Of a stretch of 39,985 nt of DNA, positions 1-9,593 are shown piece after piece. The translations under genes were made by a program, and so were the position numbers. A model generated the notes under the pieces. That model made no database searches. It saw only the letters and a list, made by a program, of their open reading frames with translations, and was not told where the DNA came from. Source of the DNA: an uncultured Methanosarcinales archaeon. GTDB taxonomy: Archaea > Nanobdellota > Nanobdellia > Woesearchaeales > GW2011-AR9. Location of the stretch: assembly GCA_964594395.1 (NCBI GenBank), contig CAZQLW010000005.1, positions 1 through 39,985 on the forward strand. Reading direction: 5' to 3'. The number at the start of each line of letters is the position of its first letter. Within the stretch, counting starts at the first letter, position 1.

Positions 1-28
1 CCATAAACAATTAATTCTTTGTTCATTT

Positions 29-42
29 AAAAAACTTTATAT
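29..42 (+). promoter_or_regulatory. Archaeal BRE-TATA promoter of gap
   Basis: AAAAACTTTATATA upstream of gap; the same A-rich+TTTATA motif recurs at about 3649, 18648, 19136, 27458, 28679, 32244 and 39539; GAGGTG SD before the ATG. Confidence 0.6.
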
Positions 43-104
43 AAGAGTCTTTCTTTATTCTGATTATTATAATAATTGGATTAGTGTAAAAGAGGTGTAT
101 CGTA

Positions 105-1100
105 ATGATAAATGTTGCAATTAACGGTTTCGGTCGGATAGGGAGGATGGTTCTTCGAGCAGGTTGGAAAGATAAAAAAATTAATTTTGTTGCTATTAAT
201 GATTTAACAGATACTAAAAATTTAGCTTACCTTTTACAATATGATTCTGTTCATGGAGTTTTTGAAGAGAAAGTTTCTTACACTAAAGATTCTTTAATTA
301 TTGGTAAGAAAAAAATTAGGGTTTATGCAGAAAAAGAACCAGCAAAATTACCTTGGAAAAAACATAAAGTAAATGTTGTTGTTGAAAGTACGGGTAGATT
401 TAGAACTAAAGAATTGTGTCAGCCACATATCAAAGCAGGAGCAAAAAAAGTTATTTTATCAGCACCTTGCAAAGGCAACAACATTCCAATGTATGTTTAT
501 GGTGTTAACCACAAGAAATATAAGAAATCTGAAAAAATAATTTCTAATGCTTCTTGTACAACAAACGGACTTGCCCCTTTAATAAAAGTTATCCATGAAA
601 AGTTTGGAATAAAACGTGGATTGATGACTACAGTACATGCCTACACTAATGGACAGAAATTGTTAGACTTACCCCATCAAGATTTAAGAAGAGGAAGGGC
701 GGCTGCATTAAACATTATTCCAACTTCGACAGGAGCAGCAAAAGCTCTTGGAAAAATCATTCCAGAACTTAACGGAAAACTTAACGGCATGGCAATCAGA
801 GTTCCTGTAGCAGACGGTTCTTTAATTGATTTAACATTAGAACTTAAGAAAAAGATTAAAGGTTGTGGAATTGTGAATGATGCTTTGATAAACGCTTCTA
901 AAAAAGAAATGAAAGGGATTATTGAACATAGTGAATTTCCCTTAGTTAGCAGTGATATAATTGGTAATTCCCATTCTTGCGTTTTTGAATCTGATTGCAC
1001 TATGGAAATGGAAGGTAACATGATTAAAATAATTGCTTGGTATGATAATGAATGGGGTTACAGTAGTAGAATGGTAGACATGATAAAACTTATTGCATAA
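105..1100 (+). CDS. gap: Type I (bacterial-type) glyceraldehyde-3-phosphate dehydrogenase
   Basis: INGFGRIGR NAD-binding motif, catalytic ASCTTN, WYDNEWGYS. Confidence 0.97.
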   Translation: MINVAINGFGRIGRMVLRAGWKDKKINFVAINDLTDTKNLAYLLQYDSVHGVFEEKVSYTKDSLIIGKKKIRVYAEKEPAKLPWKKHKVNVVVESTGRFRTKELCQPHIKAGAKKVILSAPCKGNNIPMYVYGVNHKKYKKSEKIISNASCTTNGLAPLIKVIHEKFGIKRGLMTTVHAYTNGQKLLDLPHQDLRRGRAAALNIIPTSTGAAKALGKIIPELNGKLNGMAIRVPVADGSLIDLTLELKKKIKGCGIVNDALINASKKEMKGIIEHSEFPLVSSDIIGNSHSCVFESDCTMEMEGNMIKIIAWYDNEWGYSSRMVDMIKLIA

Positions 1101-1181
1101 TAAAATACATTACATAAAAAGAAAACAAATATAAATAATCACTAATTTTGGAATCAATTATAGTAATTTGAGGTATTCAAA

Positions 1182-1418
1182 ATGGTTAAATGGAAAATAT
1201 TACATTTTAAAGAAGAATGTATCAGTTGTGGTGCTTGTGCAGCAATACTTCCTGAGTTTTGGGAAATGGATGATGATGGTATGGCACAACTTAAAGGGTC
1301 AACAAAAGTTGAAGATCACTGGGAAAAAATTGTTGAAACTGAAGAAAATCGGGCTCGAAATCAAGAAGCTGTTGATGTTTGTCCTGTACAAATAATTAAA
1401 TTAGAACCTGTTGAATAA
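1182..1418 (+). CDS. Mono-cluster ferredoxin
   Basis: CISCGAC plus distal CP; GAGGT SD and TATA upstream. Confidence 0.88.
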   Translation: MVKWKILHFKEECISCGACAAILPEFWEMDDDGMAQLKGSTKVEDHWEKIVETEENRARNQEAVDVCPVQIIKLEPVE

Positions 1419-1706
1419 TTATGATTTTTTAATACTATGTTCTTTTTTTAATGCGTGCAAGTAGTTATTATGGTGATGTCTTAATTTTTTTAAAATTCTG
1501 TTATGTTGTTCTATTAAATCTTTAATTTTTCCGGTAGCTTTCTGATGTCCTAATTTATGTCGGCTTTTTTTCTCTTCAGTTTTTGCTTTACGGTGTTTGT
1601 GGACATACTTTTCGGCTTTCTTACTATGTCGTTTAACTTTTTTATTAATTTTTATCAGTTCTCGAGAATAATAGTACATGTAATAAGCTTCGCTAAGTAA
1701 ATTCAT
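1419..1706 (-). CDS. Hypothetical basic, His/Lys-rich helical protein
   Basis: 95-aa ORF with TATA-like element upstream on the minus strand; no recognisable motif. Confidence 0.6.
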   Translation of the reverse strand: MNLLSEAYYMYYYSRELIKINKKVKRHSKKAEKYVHKHRKAKTEEKKSRHKLGHQKATGKIKDLIEQHNRILKKLRHHHNNYLHALKKEHSIKKS

Positions 1707-1750
1707 GAGTAAGAAGGATAATTTTAATGTTTATAAATTCTACTCCAGTT

Positions 1751-2425
1751 TTATTTTTTTACAATGATCATACAATGATCTTTTTCCATCGGATCAAGAG
1801 TTTTATAATCAATCACTGTAAAGATTTTTTCTAACTTTTGCCTGATTTCAACAAAAATACTTTTAGGTTTTCTTTTAACATCAATACTTCTTGCTTTTAC
1901 TGCAAATAACCCATAACCACCTTTTTTCAAAAAAGTATTACAATTTTTAACAAAAATATCAAATTGATTTTTTTGTGCAAGATCTTGGTAAACAATGTCT
2001 GTTTGACAAACTCGTTCTGTATATTCTTCTGGATGATTAGCACTTGCTAATATTGGAACAAGATTTTTTCTTTCTTCTGCTAGGAAAACAAAATCTCGCA
2101 TAACTCTTGGAGCAGGATCAATGCCGAAAACTAATCCTTCTTCCCCTACAATATCCGAAACAAAACTTGGAGTATAACCATGTGAACTGCCTAAATACAG
2201 TACAACATCGTTCTTTCTGAGTCCTATATTAGTACACCCTTTGAAGATCATTGCCGCTAACTTACTTCTTCGAGGATCAAATTCTCGGAATTCTTCTTTA
2301 CCTTGTCGAGTAACTCTTTCTTCAAAATGTATTCTTCCGGGAAAAATAGATTTAGTAAATATCTTTCTACCACGAGGTTCCTGATAAATTTCAAACAGTT
2401 TATGTTCTTGTATTTTCCTACTCAT
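1751..2425 (-). CDS. flpA: Fibrillarin-like rRNA/tRNA 2'-O-methyltransferase
   Basis: DPRRSKLAA, VLYLGSSHGYTPSFVSD, YQDLAQ, KARSID. Confidence 0.95.
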   Translation of the reverse strand: MSRKIQEHKLFEIYQEPRGRKIFTKSIFPGRIHFEERVTRQGKEEFREFDPRRSKLAAMIFKGCTNIGLRKNDVVLYLGSSHGYTPSFVSDIVGEEGLVFGIDPAPRVMRDFVFLAEERKNLVPILASANHPEEYTERVCQTDIVYQDLAQKNQFDIFVKNCNTFLKKGGYGLFAVKARSIDVKRKPKSIFVEIRQKLEKIFTVIDYKTLDPMEKDHCMIIVKK

Positions 2426-3309
2426 TTCCTTTTCCCTTCCAATTTTCTATCTAGTTCTTCCTGATACTCTTTAGCTTTAAACTCGCCTTTAAAATAATCT
2501 AATCTTGCACAAAGAGATAATTTATCTGCTAAAATTCTGGCAGCTTTACCTCTAAGTTTTCTCTCTGCCTTTTGAATGAACGGATGTTGAAAAATGATTC
2601 CATACTTTGGACTCCTATCTCCAGTTTTAATATGACGGAAAAGTGCTTTTTCTGCTCCTAATAATTGAATGGTAGAAGCAGGTAGCATCGCAAGATGTTT
2701 CAAACTTCTTCCTAACTCAATAAGTTTAGCACCAATAGTTGTTCCTGCTAATCCCAAGATGTTGGGACAATATTTACTCATAACTTTTTCTAAATAATTT
2801 TCGTGCTCCTTCCTTAATAATTGTAATCGTTTAATTTCTTTAGCTAACAGTTTAACCTCTTTAAGATGAATTTCTTCTAAATCTGCACCCATGCTTTCTT
2901 TTATTTTCATCTCTTTCATTAATTCTTTTTTATTTTTTTCAATAACCATTTCTACAAATTTTTCTTGATTATGCATGGAATGTTCAAATTCTGGTAAATA
3001 AAGGCCGACCCACTCTCTTAATCTCTTAATTAAAATGTTATTTATCTTATCTAATTCACTAACATTGGCCATAGCTTGAATTATTAACCAATCTTCAGAT
3101 ACAGATTCTTTAATTCCCTTTTTAGTAATTTTCAAATTTTGGGCATAGAATTCTGAAAAATACTTTTTATCTTTAAACAATTTTAAGACTTTACTTAATT
3201 TTTCGTGAGGTAATTGTTCAAATTTATCTTTAGATTGAGCTTTACTTAATTCGTTTGTTTTGCTATCATAAACAAACTTACCTATGGCATTAGTAAATAA
3301 GTATTTCAT
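2422..3309 (-). CDS. nop5: Nop5/Nop56/Nop58 C/D-box sRNP protein (short N-terminal domain)
   Basis: LAMLPASTIQLLGAEKALF, SPKYGIIF; 4-bp overlap with flpA. Confidence 0.95.
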   Translation of the reverse strand: MKYLFTNAIGKFVYDSKTNELSKAQSKDKFEQLPHEKLSKVLKLFKDKKYFSEFYAQNLKITKKGIKESVSEDWLIIQAMANVSELDKINNILIKRLREWVGLYLPEFEHSMHNQEKFVEMVIEKNKKELMKEMKIKESMGADLEEIHLKEVKLLAKEIKRLQLLRKEHENYLEKVMSKYCPNILGLAGTTIGAKLIELGRSLKHLAMLPASTIQLLGAEKALFRHIKTGDRSPKYGIIFQHPFIQKAERKLRGKAARILADKLSLCARLDYFKGEFKAKEYQEELDRKLEGKRK

Positions 3310-3366
3310 CTCTAGTTTACAAAATCGTAAGCTATATAAATCTTATCAAAAGTATCCGGGTTCGGC

Positions 3367-3621
3367 ATGAACAAGTCAGTTGATGAATCTAGAAAAATTA
3401 ATTTCTTGCGCTGTCGCCGGTGCGGGAATGAACTTGAAAAAGAGGGATGGGTTTCTGAATGGGATAGTCTTAACCATACTGAAGGTCATTATAAGTCCAT
3501 TCGTTGTGAATGTGGAAAGAAATCTTGGTTAAAAGTTGATTTCTCTGGTTCTGGTCACGATAACTTGTTTGATAATGTTGATTTGATTGAATCGGCTGTA
3601 AGAAAAGTTAGAGAAGGTTGA
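3367..3621 (+). CDS. Small Zn-ribbon hypothetical protein
   Basis: CRRCG ... CECG. Confidence 0.7.
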   Translation: MNKSVDESRKINFLRCRRCGNELEKEGWVSEWDSLNHTEGHYKSIRCECGKKSWLKVDFSGSGHDNLFDNVDLIESAVRKVREG

Positions 3622-3698
3622 ATCTGACTTAAAACCTTATTCTACCGTAAACTTTATAAACCACCTAGGTTCTCAAGCTGTAAACACAATCGATTATG

Positions 3699-3810
3699 GT
3701 TAAACTGCTTCACTTGAGGAAGTAAATAATTATGATCAGGATTGGCCTGAAAAGGTGACCATCATCAACCTCATGGTTCTTAGATGGAAACCAGGTAAAG
3801 GCTGTTTAAA
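3699..3810 (+). promoter_or_regulatory. Candidate structured 5' leader of the rpl3 operon
   Basis: Promoter AAACTTTATAAA at 3649-3660; closing stem TTAAAC/GTTTAA encloses four hairpins (folded by eye). Confidence 0.45.
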
Positions 3811-3827
3811 TGCAAAGGAAATAAAAT

Positions 3828-4793
3828 ATGACTAAAAGACATCATCCAAGACGAGGTAGTACACAATTTTGGCCTCGGAAAAGAGCAAAACATTCTTTAG
3901 CTAGAATTAGGGCTTGGGCAAAAGAAGATAAAACTAAACTTTTAGGTTTCATTTGTTATAAAGCTGGGATGACTCGGGTTCAAGTTGTTGATAATCGACC
4001 AAAATCGACAACAAAAGGCGAAAAAATTGCTGTTCCGGTAACAATTATTGAATGTCCACCAATGAAAGTTATGGGCATTGCGTTTTATAAAAAATCATTT
4101 TGGAAAATTAAAAAAATTACTTCTGTTTTGGCAACAAATTTGGATAAAGAATTGAAAAGGAAAATGCCATTACCAAAAAAGTCTACAAAAAATGTAGATG
4201 ATGTTAAAGAGTTTGACGATTTACGTTTACTTGTTCATTCTAATCCAAAACTTACTGGGATTGGAACAAAAAAACCAAAAGTATTAGAAATCGCTTTAGG
4301 CGGTTCAAAAGAAGATAAATTTAATTTTGCTAAAGAACATCTTGGTAAAGAACTGAAAATTAATGACGTTTTTGAATCTGGTGTACTTGTAGATATTCAC
4401 GGTATTAGTATTGGAAAAGGTTATCAAGGTACAGTAAAAAGGTACGGGGTCCCAATTAGACAACATAAAGCTGAGAAAACTAAACGGGGAATCGGTAACT
4501 TGGGTGCTTGGACACCAAAACGGGTAGATTTCCGTGTACCACAACCTGGAAAAATGGGTTACCATTTAAGAACAGAATATAATAAACAAATACTTAAAAT
4601 TGCCGAAAATGGTCAAGAAATCACTCCTAAAGGAGGAAAGTTACGGTACGGAATAGTAAAAAACTCTTACTTATTAATTAAAGGCACAGTTATTGGTCCT
4701 AAGAAGAGAGCAATAGTATTAACACAAGCAATTAGGCCTAATCCAAAAACTCATAAAGAAGCGCCAGAAATAGCGCATATCAGGATAAAATGA
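3828..4793 (+). CDS. rpl3: 50S ribosomal protein L3 (uL3)
   Basis: PRRGSTQFWPRKRA, YKAGMT, GKGYQGTVKRYG. Confidence 0.98.
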   Translation: MTKRHHPRRGSTQFWPRKRAKHSLARIRAWAKEDKTKLLGFICYKAGMTRVQVVDNRPKSTTKGEKIAVPVTIIECPPMKVMGIAFYKKSFWKIKKITSVLATNLDKELKRKMPLPKKSTKNVDDVKEFDDLRLLVHSNPKLTGIGTKKPKVLEIALGGSKEDKFNFAKEHLGKELKINDVFESGVLVDIHGISIGKGYQGTVKRYGVPIRQHKAEKTKRGIGNLGAWTPKRVDFRVPQPGKMGYHLRTEYNKQILKIAENGQEITPKGGKLRYGIVKNSYLLIKGTVIGPKKRAIVLTQAIRPNPKTHKEAPEIAHIRIK

Positions 4794-5596
4794 AATTAGC
4801 AGTTTTTAATTTGGAACAGAAAAAAGTCAAAGACGCAGAATTACCTAATCAGTTTACTGAAGAGTATCGGCCTGACTTGATCAAACGTGCAGTTCATGCT
4901 TTACAATCTGTAGCAAGACAAGCTTATGGTGCTAGTCCAGATGCTGGTCAGAGACATTCTTCAGAGTTAAGTAAAAGAAGAAGAAAGTATCGTGGTTGTT
5001 ATGGTTTTGGAATTAGTAGAGTTAACCGAAAAATTCATTCTCGAAGAGGAACAAGGATGCATTGGGTTGGTGCTACTTCACCACAAACTGTTGGTGGAAG
5101 AAGGTCTCATCCTCCAAAAGCTGAGAAAATATTTAAGAAGGATATTAATAAAAAAGAAAATAGGAAAGCTATTCGATCTGCAATTGCTGCTTCTGTGAAT
5201 AAGACTTTTGTTTCAGAAAGAGGTCACAATTTACCAGAAAATTATCCTTTTATTTTAGATTCTTCATTTGAAAACGTTGCAAAAACAAAAGAGTTAAAAG
5301 AAATTTTGTTAAACTTTGGGTTTAAAGAAGAAATTGAACGATCATTAATCAAAAAAATCAAATCAGGTGTAGGGAAATTAAGAGGAAGAAAATATCAGCG
5401 AAGAAAAGGTCCTCTTGTTGTTGTAAGTGACGATTGCCCTTTACAAAAAACAGTAAACAATTTGCCTGGTTTTAATGTTGTTAAAGTTAAAGCATTAAAT
5501 GCTGAATTGTTAGCTCCTGGTGCAATGCCTGGAAGGTTAACTTTGTGGACAGAAAAAGCAGTAGAATTAATGAATACTGAGAATCTGTTTAATTAA
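4790..5596 (+). CDS. rpl4: 50S ribosomal protein L4 (uL4)
   Basis: RPDLIKRAV, GGRRSHPP, LAPGAMPGRLTLWT. Confidence 0.98.
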   Translation: MKLAVFNLEQKKVKDAELPNQFTEEYRPDLIKRAVHALQSVARQAYGASPDAGQRHSSELSKRRRKYRGCYGFGISRVNRKIHSRRGTRMHWVGATSPQTVGGRRSHPPKAEKIFKKDINKKENRKAIRSAIAASVNKTFVSERGHNLPENYPFILDSSFENVAKTKELKEILLNFGFKEEIERSLIKKIKSGVGKLRGRKYQRRKGPLVVVSDDCPLQKTVNNLPGFNVVKVKALNAELLAPGAMPGRLTLWTEKAVELMNTENLFN

Positions 5597-5613
5597 ATAA
5601 AAAATATTGAAAA

Positions 5614-5937
5614 ATGGCTAAAGAAAAAGTTGAAAAAACTGCAACTGAACAAAATTTAGTTAAAACTAATGACAATTTTGATCCTTACGAAATAATTAAG
5701 TATCCATTATCAACAGAAAAAATAATTAGACAAATTGAGTTTGATAATAAGTTAGGTTTTGTTGTTCATGCTCGATCAACTAAAGCTGATATTAAACGTG
5801 CAGTTGAAGAACTGTTTAAAGTAAGAGTAGTGAAAGTTAATATTCAAAATTCATTCACAGGAAAAAAGAAAGCTTACGTAAAATTAGGTCCTGAAAATAT
5901 CGCGTCTGATGTAAGTGCAGATTTAGGATTGATTTAA
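5614..5937 (+). CDS. rpl23: 50S ribosomal protein L23 (uL23)
   Basis: IIKYPLSTEK, KKKAYVKL; operon position. Confidence 0.97.
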   Translation: MAKEKVEKTATEQNLVKTNDNFDPYEIIKYPLSTEKIIRQIEFDNKLGFVVHARSTKADIKRAVEELFKVRVVKVNIQNSFTGKKKAYVKLGPENIASDVSADLGLI

Positions 5938-6027
5938 AATGATAATTAAAAAACAAATTAAAATTAAGGGGACTAAGCTTACGGAGTAAGCGCATGTCGC
6001 GTGTCGCTCTTAGTTGGCGAAAGAACT

Positions 6028-6729
6028 ATGGGAAAACGAATAATTTCACAAAGACGGGGAAGAGGAACCCAAACTTATCGTTCACCTAGTCATCGCTTTA
6101 AAGGTAGAATTAAACATCTTCCTTTAGAGGGCGAGGGTGTAGTTACTGATTTGGTACATTGTGCTGGTCATAGTGCACCGTTAATGGAAGTTGTTTACCT
6201 TAGTAAAGAAAAGAATTTAGTTCCTGCTCCTGAAGGGATCAAAGTTGGCGATCCAATTAGTGTTGGTGCTAAAGAAATTAAACCAGGAAATGTTTTATTA
6301 TTAAGTGATATTCCTGAAGGTACTTTGGTTCATAATATTGAACTTAAACCTGGCGATGGTGGTAAACTTGTTCGTTCAAGTGGAACTTTCGCTAAAGTTA
6401 TTGCTAAGACAGAAACGTCAGTTCGAGTAAAATTACCTTCAAATAAAGAAAAAATATTTTTACCTAATTGCCGAGCGGCAGTAGGATCAATTTCCGGTTC
6501 TGGAAGGTTGGATAAGCCTTTCTTAAAAGCTGGAACAAGGATGAAAAAGATGAGAGTTAGGAATAAACTATATCCTAAAGTATGTGGTATTTCGATGAAC
6601 GCAGTTGACCATCCGTTCGGTGGAAAATGTTCACATGTTAAAGGTCGTCCAACACAAGCTTCAAGACATGCACCACCAGGAAGAAAAGTTGGTAAAATAG
6701 CTCCAAGAAGAACAGGTAAGAGGAAATAA
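6028..6729 (+). CDS. rpl2: 50S ribosomal protein L2 (uL2); start set at ATG 6028
   Basis: MGKRIISQRRGRG, MNAVDHPFGG, PPGRKVG. Confidence 0.98.
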   Translation: MGKRIISQRRGRGTQTYRSPSHRFKGRIKHLPLEGEGVVTDLVHCAGHSAPLMEVVYLSKEKNLVPAPEGIKVGDPISVGAKEIKPGNVLLLSDIPEGTLVHNIELKPGDGGKLVRSSGTFAKVIAKTETSVRVKLPSNKEKIFLPNCRAAVGSISGSGRLDKPFLKAGTRMKKMRVRNKLYPKVCGISMNAVDHPFGGKCSHVKGRPTQASRHAPPGRKVGKIAPRRTGKRK

Positions 6730-6745
6730 ACTCAAATAATCTAAA

Positions 6746-7126
6746 ATGGCAAAAGAATTATTGTGGCACGGAAAAACTGAAGAAGAAGTTAAAGAGATGG
6801 ACTTGAAAGAGTTCATGGGACTAGTTCCAGCTAGACAAAGAAGATCTTTAAAACGTGGTTTTTCTGAACAGCAGAAAAAATTATTGGAAAATATTGAAGC
6901 TGGTGGAAGTAATATTAAAACTCATTGCCGTAATATGATTATTGTACCTAAAATGTTGGGTAAAATGATTAAAGTTTATAATGGTAAAGAATTCAAGATA
7001 ATTGAAATAACTTTAGAAATGCTTGGCCATTATTTAGGCGAGTTTTCACATTCACGTAAAACTGTAACTCATAGTTCAGCTGGTGTTGGTGCAACAAGAT
7101 CAAGTAAAGCAATATCTGCAAGGTAA
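6746..7126 (+). CDS. rps19: 30S ribosomal protein S19 (uS19)
   Basis: KTHCRNMIIVP, GHYLGEFS, GVGATRSS. Confidence 0.98.
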   Translation: MAKELLWHGKTEEEVKEMDLKEFMGLVPARQRRSLKRGFSEQQKKLLENIEAGGSNIKTHCRNMIIVPKMLGKMIKVYNGKEFKIIEITLEMLGHYLGEFSHSRKTVTHSSAGVGATRSSKAISAR

Positions 7127-7154
7127 AAATAAAATAACAAAACAAAATAATAAA

Positions 7155-7883
7155 ATGGCTGAAATTAAAAAAACAAATAATCCTGAACATTTTGCTAGTG
7201 CTAGTGCTAAAAATTTAGCAATATCAACTAAGGATTGTATTGAAATCAGTAATTTTTTACGTTATAAAAATACGGCTCACGTTAAAAGTTTATTAGAAGA
7301 AGTTATTTCATTAAAAAGAGCAGTTCCGTTTAAAAGATTTATTCGTGATACTGGTCATAAAGCGGGTATGTCTGCCGGTAAATTCCCTCAGAAAGCTGCT
7401 AAATCATTTTTACAATTAATCAATTCAGTTGAAGCTAATGCTCATTATAAAGGGTTAAATGTTTCAAACTTAAAAATTACTAAATTGATTGCTAACAGAG
7501 CTTCAATTCCTCTTACTGGCGGTAGAAGACGGGCAGGTACAAAGAGAAGTCATCTTGAAATTGAAGTTAAAGAAATGGCAGTTAAGGAAAAGAAAGATAA
7601 AAAGAAAACAGTAAAGAAAACAGAAGAGAAGGTTAATAAACAGGCAGTTAAAGAAGAAGTTAATGGTCCTAAAGTGGAAGATAAAAAAGTTGAAACGAAA
7701 GTAGAAGAAAATAAAAAAGGACAAGAAGCTGAAGAAGTTAAAGAAGTTACAGAACAAAGCAGCGAAGCTGCTAGTTCCGAGCCGAAAGTTCCGGAATCAG
7801 AAGATTCTGAATCCTCGAACAAGCCTGCGGAAGTTAAAACTGATAATCCTAATGAAGATAATGAAGGTGATAAAACAAAATGA
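7155..7883 (+). CDS. rpl22: 50S ribosomal protein L22 (uL22) with long Lys/Glu-rich tail; start set at ATG 7155
   Basis: AVPFKRF, GKFPQKAA, SHLEIEV. Confidence 0.96.
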   Translation: MAEIKKTNNPEHFASASAKNLAISTKDCIEISNFLRYKNTAHVKSLLEEVISLKRAVPFKRFIRDTGHKAGMSAGKFPQKAAKSFLQLINSVEANAHYKGLNVSNLKITKLIANRASIPLTGGRRRAGTKRSHLEIEVKEMAVKEKKDKKKTVKKTEEKVNKQAVKEEVNGPKVEDKKVETKVEENKKGQEAEEVKEVTEQSSEAASSEPKVPESEDSESSNKPAEVKTDNPNEDNEGDKTK

Positions 7884-8797
7884 TGGAGAAAAAATTTATT
7901 GCCCAAAAAACTAAAGAGTTTTACATTAAGAGATATATTGAGTCTAAACTAAACAAAGTTGGAATCTCTAAAATTAAACTTAAAAAAATTCCTTTAGGTG
8001 AAAAAATAATTATTGATACTAGTAGACCCAGTTTAATTGTTGGTTCAAAAGGAGCTAATATTAAAGAATTAACAAGGGTACTGAAGAAAGAATTTAAATT
8101 AGAAAATCCTCAAATTGAAATTAATGAAGTGAAAAACTTTTTCCTTGATGCTAATGTTGTTGCAGAAAGAATTGCTGGTTCATTAGAACGGTTTGGTTCA
8201 CAACGTTTTAAAGGTGTTGGACATAAAATGCTTGCAAATGTTATTAGTGCAGGTGCTTTAGGTGTAGAAATTATAATTTCAGGAAAATTACCTAGTTCAA
8301 GAGCAAGGAATTGGAGATTTTATGAAGGTTATTTGAAAAAATGTGGGGATGTTTCCATCTCCGGTGTAAAAAAAGCTCAATCCGTAGCTTTACTGAAAAG
8401 TGGAATTATTGGAATTAAAGTTTCGATTATGCCACCAGATTTAGTACTTCCAGATCATGTTGAAATCCTTAAAGAACCTGAACAGGTGATTGAAGAAATT
8501 AAACCCACTGAAGAAACAGACACAGAAATTAAAACTAAAAAAGAAGATAAAAAAGAAACTGCTACTAAAAAAACTAGTAAGAAAAAATCTTCAACTAAAA
8601 AGAAAGCTAAAAAAGAAGATCCTGTAGCTGAAGAAACAAAAGAAGAACCTGTTGAAGAAGTTAAAAAAGAAATTTCAAAAGAAGTTGCAGAAGAACCAAC
8701 TGTTGAAGAAGATAAAAAAGAAGAAACTCAAAATCAAGAAATTACTGAACAACCTGAACAACCTGAACAACCTAAAGATGAGGGTAAAGAGTCATGA
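7880..8797 (+). CDS. rps3: 30S ribosomal protein S3 (uS3) with charged tail
   Basis: KH domain RPSLIVGSKG, GVEIIISGK, GIIGIKVSIMPP. Confidence 0.98.
   Translation: MMEKKFIAQKTKEFYIKRYIESKLNKVGISKIKLKKIPLGEKIIIDTSRPSLIVGSKGANIKELTRVLKKEFKLENPQIEINEVKNFFLDANVVAERIAGSLERFGSQRFKGVGHKMLANVISAGALGVEIIISGKLPSSRARNWRFYEGYLKKCGDVSISGVKKAQSVALLKSGIIGIKVSIMPPDLVLPDHVEILKEPEQVIEEIKPTEETDTEIKTKKEDKKETATKKTSKKKSSTKKKAKKEDPVAEETKEEPVEEVKKEISKEVAEEPTVEEDKKEETQNQEITEQPEQPEQPKDEGKES
8745..8771 (+). repeat. 9-bp coding tandem repeat (CTGAACAAC x3) in the rps3 tail
   Basis: Read directly; encodes EQPEQPEQP. Confidence 0.85.
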
Positions 8798-8994
8798 AAT
8801 ATACTAAAGAATTGAAAGGTCTTTCCACTGAGGAATTAAAGAAAAAGTTAGTGGAACTTAAGAAAGAACTTTTAAAACTTAATGTCCAGGTAGCAACCGG
8901 CTCTAATCCTGAAAATCCAGGAATGTTAAGATTGATTAAAAAGAATATTGCTCGCATATTAACTTTACTAAAAATGAAGGAGGACAGTTCATAA
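8794..8994 (+). CDS. rpl29: 50S ribosomal protein L29 (uL29)
   Basis: NPGMLRLIKKNIARILT; operon position. Confidence 0.96.
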   Translation: MKYTKELKGLSTEELKKKLVELKKELLKLNVQVATGSNPENPGMLRLIKKNIARILTLLKMKEDSS

Positions 8995-8998
8995 TAGG

Positions 8999-9301
8999 AT
9001 GGATGTATGCAATCAATGCGGGTTACCGCAAGACCTTTGCGTTTGTGAAACAATCGCACGGGAACAACAAAAAATTACCGTTAAAATTGAGAAAAGGAAA
9101 TTTGGTAAAAAGTATACAATTGTTACCGGAGTGCAAAAAGAAGCAAATCTGGAACAAATCACTCGGCAATTAAAGTTAAAATTTGCGTGTGGAGGAACAT
9201 CGAAAAGTGGCCAAATTGAATTACAGGGCAACCATAAACTGAGAATTAAACAGGCTTTAATTGATCTTGGTTTTCCTGGAGAAGCAATTGAGTTACGGTA
9301 A
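8999..9301 (+). CDS. sui1: Translation initiation factor SUI1/aIF1
   Basis: CNQCGLPQDLCVC, KFACGGT, IELQGNH. Confidence 0.96.
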   Translation: MDVCNQCGLPQDLCVCETIAREQQKITVKIEKRKFGKKYTIVTGVQKEANLEQITRQLKLKFACGGTSKSGQIELQGNHKLRIKQALIDLGFPGEAIELR

Positions 9302-9318
9302 TAGATGTTAACTAAGAA

Positions 9319-9570
9319 ATGAAAAAATCCATTTACCCTCATGAATTAATTGGAAAAGACGTGTTGGTAATTAGTTCCAATAACGAAAGTAGCGTGGGGA
9401 TTGAAGGGAAAATAATTGACGAGACAAAATCAACAATTAAAATTGAACAAAACAAAAAAATTAAAGTTTTGTTGAAAAACAATATCACTATCAAAATTAA
9501 ACAAACTGGGCAAGTCCTTGTCGGCAAGGATTTGGTTAAAAGGCCAGAAGACCGGCTTAAAGGAAAATAA
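9319..9570 (+). CDS. rnp1: Ribonuclease P protein subunit Rpp29
   Basis: HELIG, GIEGKIIDETK, RPEDRLK; conserved position. Confidence 0.93.
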   Translation: MKKSIYPHELIGKDVLVISSNNESSVGIEGKIIDETKSTIKIEQNKKIKVLLKNNITIKIKQTGQVLVGKDLVKRPEDRLKGK

Positions 9571-9593
9571 ACATAAACTAACTGAAAAATAAA

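Noticed and set aside
3731-3750. ATGATCA...CTGA as a C/D box RNA, or the leader as SRP RNA
   Set aside because: Box C is non-canonical with no second box pair, and no SRP helix-8 motif is visible
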